From contig CACFOQ010000001.1 of assembly GCA_902567855.1 (NCBI GenBank), forward strand, positions 64,308 to 128,307: a DNA stretch of 64,000 nucleotides, in the 5' to 3' direction. The translations under genes and the position numbers were made by a program. How positions within the stretch are numbered: position 1 is the stretch's first letter; every line of letters starts with the position of its first letter. This DNA is from an uncultured Alphaproteobacteria bacterium. Its GTDB lineage: Bacteria; Pseudomonadota; Alphaproteobacteria; HIMB59; GCA-002718135. Below the pieces are notes generated by a model. It made no database searches. It was given only the letters and a program-made list of their open reading frames with translations, and was not told where the DNA came from. Positions 60,758 through 64,000 of this stretch are shown piece by piece.

Positions 60758-61561
60758 TTAATATTTTAATTTGTATCCAGTTTTAAACATTAAATAACAA
60801 AAAAATAACAAAATAGTATTTAGAAAAATCAAAGTTAAACTGCCAATAATTAATGAACTATCTGATTGTCCAATAAATGCAAATCTAAATCCATCAATAT
60901 TATAAAAAAATGGATTAAAATATGCAAATTTTTGCCAAAATTCAGGCAATCTTGCTATAGAATAAAAAGTTCCAGATAAAAAAGTAAGAGGCAATACTAT
61001 AAAGTTAGTTATACCTTGTTGCTGATCCCACTTATCTGCCCATATTCCTACCATTGTTCCAAGTGTACCCATCATTAAACAACCCATAAAAGAATAAAAT
61101 AGAAGTGCCAAAATTGAATAAATTGAAATAGGTATAAAAATGTAAATACTTATTCCTGTAACAATTCCGCAGATTAATCCTCTTGCTACAGAGCCCCCAA
61201 CATAGCCAAATGTTAAGTCCACACTATCTAATGGTGCCATTAAAACATCTACTATATTGCCTTGGGATTTAGCTTGGCCTATGCTGGAGGCAGAATTTGC
61301 AAATGAATTTTGAAGCATTGTCATCATTATTAATCCTGGAGCAATAAAATTAGCGAAATTTACACCATTGATAGTCTGTACAGATCTGCTTAAAGCAAGG
61401 TTAAATACAGCTAAAAATAATAATGAACTAATAGCTGGGCCAACTATAGTTTGAATGCCCACCTTTAGAAACCGCAATACCTCTTTTTTAAATAATGACC
61501 AAAGAGATAGATAATTTGAAGAAATCATAAAATTGTTTATCCTATTCACATAATATATCAT
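60758..61561 (-). CDS. ABC-2 type transporter permease
   Basis: 267 aa with about 6 TM segments and an ABC-2/YadH-like hydrophobic pattern. No adjacent ATPase gene. Confidence 0.7.
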   Translation of the reverse strand: MIYYVNRINNFMISSNYLSLWSLFKKEVLRFLKVGIQTIVGPAISSLLFLAVFNLALSRSVQTINGVNFANFIAPGLIMMTMLQNSFANSASSIGQAKSQGNIVDVLMAPLDSVDLTFGYVGGSVARGLICGIVTGISIYIFIPISIYSILALLFYSFMGCLMMGTLGTMVGIWADKWDQQQGITNFIVLPLTFLSGTFYSIARLPEFWQKFAYFNPFFYNIDGFRFAFIGQSDSSLIIGSLTLIFLNTILLFFCYLMFKTGYKLKY

Positions 61562-61587
61562 TTAATAAGAATAAACAATTTTTTAGA

Positions 61588-62067
61588 ATGCCTGAAATTT
61601 CTGATTTAGTAAAATACGCTATAAATTACTTAAGTAAATATAGCTCAAGTAAAAAAAATTTAGAAAGAATATTAAAAAATAAAATAAGAAAAACAAATAT
61701 TGAGAAAAATGAAAAATTTATATTATATAAATCAATACCTGAAGTCTTAAAAAAATTGGAAAAAAATAATTTTATAAATGATTATAATTATGCAACTTCA
61801 AAAGTTAATACACTTATTTCAAATGGAAAATCAAAAGCATTTATAAAAAATTACTTATTCAAAAAAGAAATAGATGAAAAATTATCTTCTAATATATTTT
61901 CAGAGTTAGATGAAGAAGATTCTAATTGGGAAATTAAATCTGCAAGAATATTTGTAAGAAAAAAGAACATTAAAAAAAATAATAACAATAATAAAAAAAA
62001 TTTATCAAAAATGGCTAGAGCTGGATTTAGTTATGAAATAGCAAAAAAAATTTTAGAAGAAAACTAA
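61588..62067 (+). CDS. recX: RecX-like regulatory protein
   Basis: 159 aa, helical-repeat composition. 'AINYLSKYSSSKKNLERILKNK' and 'YNYATSKVN' resemble RecX repeats. Weak call. Confidence 0.55.
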   Translation: MPEISDLVKYAINYLSKYSSSKKNLERILKNKIRKTNIEKNEKFILYKSIPEVLKKLEKNNFINDYNYATSKVNTLISNGKSKAFIKNYLFKKEIDEKLSSNIFSELDEEDSNWEIKSARIFVRKKNIKKNNNNNKKNLSKMARAGFSYEIAKKILEEN

Positions 62068-63080
62068 TTGTTTTTTAAGTGAATTTTACCTTCAAGAAAA
62101 AGAGATATAGGTTTAGTAGTTTCAAATTTTTCAAAAGAAATTTTAATAATAGCTGTTAAAGGAGCGGCAAGTAAAACACCAATAATACCCCAAATCATAC
62201 CCCAAAAGATCAAAGATAATATAACAGTTATTGGATGAAGGCCAAATGTTTCACCAAAAATTTTAGGTTCTATTATATTGCCAATAATAATATGAACTAT
62301 TGCTGGCAATAATATAATCAAAGCAAAAAGGGTAGGATCTTGAAATTGAAGAAAGGCAACAGGTATAGGTATTAAAACTGCTATAACAGATCCAAAGACT
62401 GGAATAAAATTTAATATAAAGGTTAAGGTTCCAAAAATAAATGCCAGTTCAATACCCAAAAACCAGTAAATTAAACCTGCTAAAACACCAGTTGCAGAAG
62501 AAGTTATGAACTTGGTAAAAATATATTTTTTTACATTAAAAATTATTTCATTCCATTCATTTGAAGTATTAACATTTTTTTTACCTAACAATAAAAATAA
62601 TGTCATAATTACAACAAGTACAAACTTTGAAATAAAATTGGCACTATTACTTAATATTGTTGAAGCCCAATCTAAAAAAGGAAGTGTTGTAAGAGTATTT
62701 CGAATAACTTCCCTATCAATTTCTATATCATAATGAGAAAGTTGATTAATTATATAGTCAATCAATACTAATACTTTTGCATTATAATCATCAGCTGACT
62801 CTAGAAAAGTTCCTACAGAACCAATTATAAAAGGAACAATAATTATAAATAAAATAACTATTAAAATTAAACTAACGAATACAGCTATAATTCTATGAAC
62901 TCTTAGATTAGTGGTTTGAAAATCAATTATTGGATCTATAAGAATTCTAATTAATAGAGCCATTACAAAAGGAATCATTATAGGTTTAGTAAAACTCAGA
63001 GTGAAAGCTACCGCTACTAAAGCCAGAATCAATAGTGAAGCTGTAATAAATCTATTGTTTTCTAAATTACTTTGATTCAT
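62064..63080 (-). CDS. AI-2E family transporter (PerM/UPF0118)
   Basis: 338 aa polytopic protein. 'FILNFIPVFGSVIAVLIPIPVA' and 'GNIIEPKIFG' are typical of UPF0118. Confidence 0.8.
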   Translation of the reverse strand: MNQSNLENNRFITASLLILALVAVAFTLSFTKPIMIPFVMALLIRILIDPIIDFQTTNLRVHRIIAVFVSLILIVILFIIIVPFIIGSVGTFLESADDYNAKVLVLIDYIINQLSHYDIEIDREVIRNTLTTLPFLDWASTILSNSANFISKFVLVVIMTLFLLLGKKNVNTSNEWNEIIFNVKKYIFTKFITSSATGVLAGLIYWFLGIELAFIFGTLTFILNFIPVFGSVIAVLIPIPVAFLQFQDPTLFALIILLPAIVHIIIGNIIEPKIFGETFGLHPITVILSLIFWGMIWGIIGVLLAAPLTAIIKISFEKFETTKPISLFLEGKIHLKNN

Positions 63081-64000
63081 TAAGTCTTATTTTTTGGATT
63101 AAATATTTCAGGTACTTCCTCAGGAAAAGATTCTAAATAAATAGATTGACTTGGAAAAGCAAAGCCAGCTTTATTCTTTTCAACTATTTCAATAATATTT
63201 ACAGCTAAAGACTCTTTAATTTTCAAAAATTCTCCCCAATCATTTGTTTCAGTAAAGGCCTGTACAAGCATATCTATTGAGCTATCAGAAAAACTGTCAA
63301 CTCTTACAAAAAAATTTGTATTTTCATTTTTTGCATATTTTGAGTCATCTTGAATTAAAGAACTTATCTGATCTCTAATATTTTTAAGTTGTTGTGTTGT
63401 TGTTCTATATTCCAAACCGATAAGCCATCTAACTCTTCTATGATGTCGACGAGTATGATTTATTACAGATTGTTCAGCAAATTTATAATTTGGTATCATT
63501 ACTGGAGTGGTATCAAATCTCCTTATTAAAGTAGATCTAAAACCTATTTGTTCTACAACACCTTCAACTTCACCAGAAACTAAAATTACATCTCCTATGG
63601 TAAAACGTTTTTCCATTAAAATCATAATGCCAGAAATCAAATTTTTAAATAAATCTTGAGCGCCTAAAGCAACAGCTACACCAAATAAACCTAAACCAGC
63701 AATAACAGGGCCAACTTTTATACCCCATAACTCTAAAATTGCTACTATACCTAAAACAAATATTAGAATTTTTAAACCTCTCAGTGTCCAGTCAACTAAT
63801 GGTTTTGAAATTTTATCTTCAAATTTTTTTATTATAAAAGAAAAAGGTACAACCAATTGATGTAACAACCAGAAAATAAAAATTGTAATAAGACTTCGAT
63901 TAATCAAATCAATGAAATTTTGAACATTTAAAGAAAAATCAATGTAAGAAGAAGCTATAAAAAATCCAATTACTACTGGTAAAAACTTTAAAGGCCCCTC
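63080..64000 (-). CDS. Mechanosensitive ion channel (MscS family), 5' end outside the window
   Basis: MscS core 'LGLFGVAVALGAQDLFKNLISG' and the beta-domain 'GDVILVSGEVEGVVEQIGFRSTLIRRFD'. The reading frame stays open from 63907 to the window edge (64000), so the TTG at 63907 is probably not the true start. Confidence 0.8.
   Translation of the reverse strand, partial: EGPLKFLPVVIGFFIASSYIDFSLNVQNFIDLINRSLITIFIFWLLHQLVVPFSFIIKKFEDKISKPLVDWTLRGLKILIFVLGIVAILELWGIKVGPVIAGLGLFGVAVALGAQDLFKNLISGIMILMEKRFTIGDVILVSGEVEGVVEQIGFRSTLIRRFDTTPVMIPNYKFAEQSVINHTRRHHRRVRWLIGLEYRTTTQQLKNIRDQISSLIQDDSKYAKNENTNFFVRVDSFSDSSIDMLVQAFTETNDWGEFLKIKESLAVNIIEIVEKNKAGFAFPSQSIYLESFPEEVPEIFNPKNKT

Overview
This is a very AT-rich (roughly 30% G+C by eye), extremely compact chromosomal window. 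I call about 71 protein-coding genes. From the ORF coordinates I tally only about 1.6 kb (about 2.5%) of intergenic DNA, and many gene pairs share 1-4 nt start/stop overlaps. Gene content and synteny are alphaproteobacterial (rluD-rpoH; yebC ... tolQ-tolR-tolA-tolB-pal-cpoB-tilS-ftsH; tkt-gap; hisZ-purA). Genome streamlining together with a large methyl-group/C1 oxidation gene set points to a SAR11/Pelagibacterales-type marine oligotroph. That assignment is inference and was not verified by any search.

Main blocks:
- 1-15.7 kb: housekeeping biosynthesis (mobA, pyrE, pdxH, fabI, aroC, dxs, purA, hisZ, glmM).
- 15.7-24.9 kb: ftsH-tilS and the complete Tol-Pal cluster plus yebC.
- 25-32 kb: ymdB, 5-formyl-THF cyclo-ligase, zapA, tkt-gap, efp, suhB, rpmE.
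- 32.8-36.1 kb: a FAD-oxidoreductase/DUF1365/CFA-synthase-like lipid-modification triad.
- 37.3-55.1 kb: C1/methylamine oxidation genes (metF-like, fhs, soxBDAG, ETF-QO, etfAB, a dimethylglycine-dehydrogenase-type enzyme, a GcvT/DmdA-family paralog).
- 55-64 kb: ompA-family, apaG, trkH, argF-argD, recX, and transporters.

I found no rRNA, tRNA, CRISPR array, transposase/integrase, prophage or recognisable defence genes, and no clear multi-gene novel system.

The best candidates for something under-described are:
1. A 103-aa Hjc-like PD-(D/E)XK mini-nuclease in the slot where ruvCAB/ybgC normally lies between yebC and tolQ.
2. The FAD-oxidoreductase/DUF1365/methyltransferase triad, as a possible furan or methylated fatty-acid module.
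3. An extended GcvT/DmdA-family demethylase-like paralog of unknown substrate.
4. A TauE/small-TM/TIGR02186-like/Usp membrane cluster of unknown function.

All functional calls come from motif recognition in the supplied translations. No database search was run.
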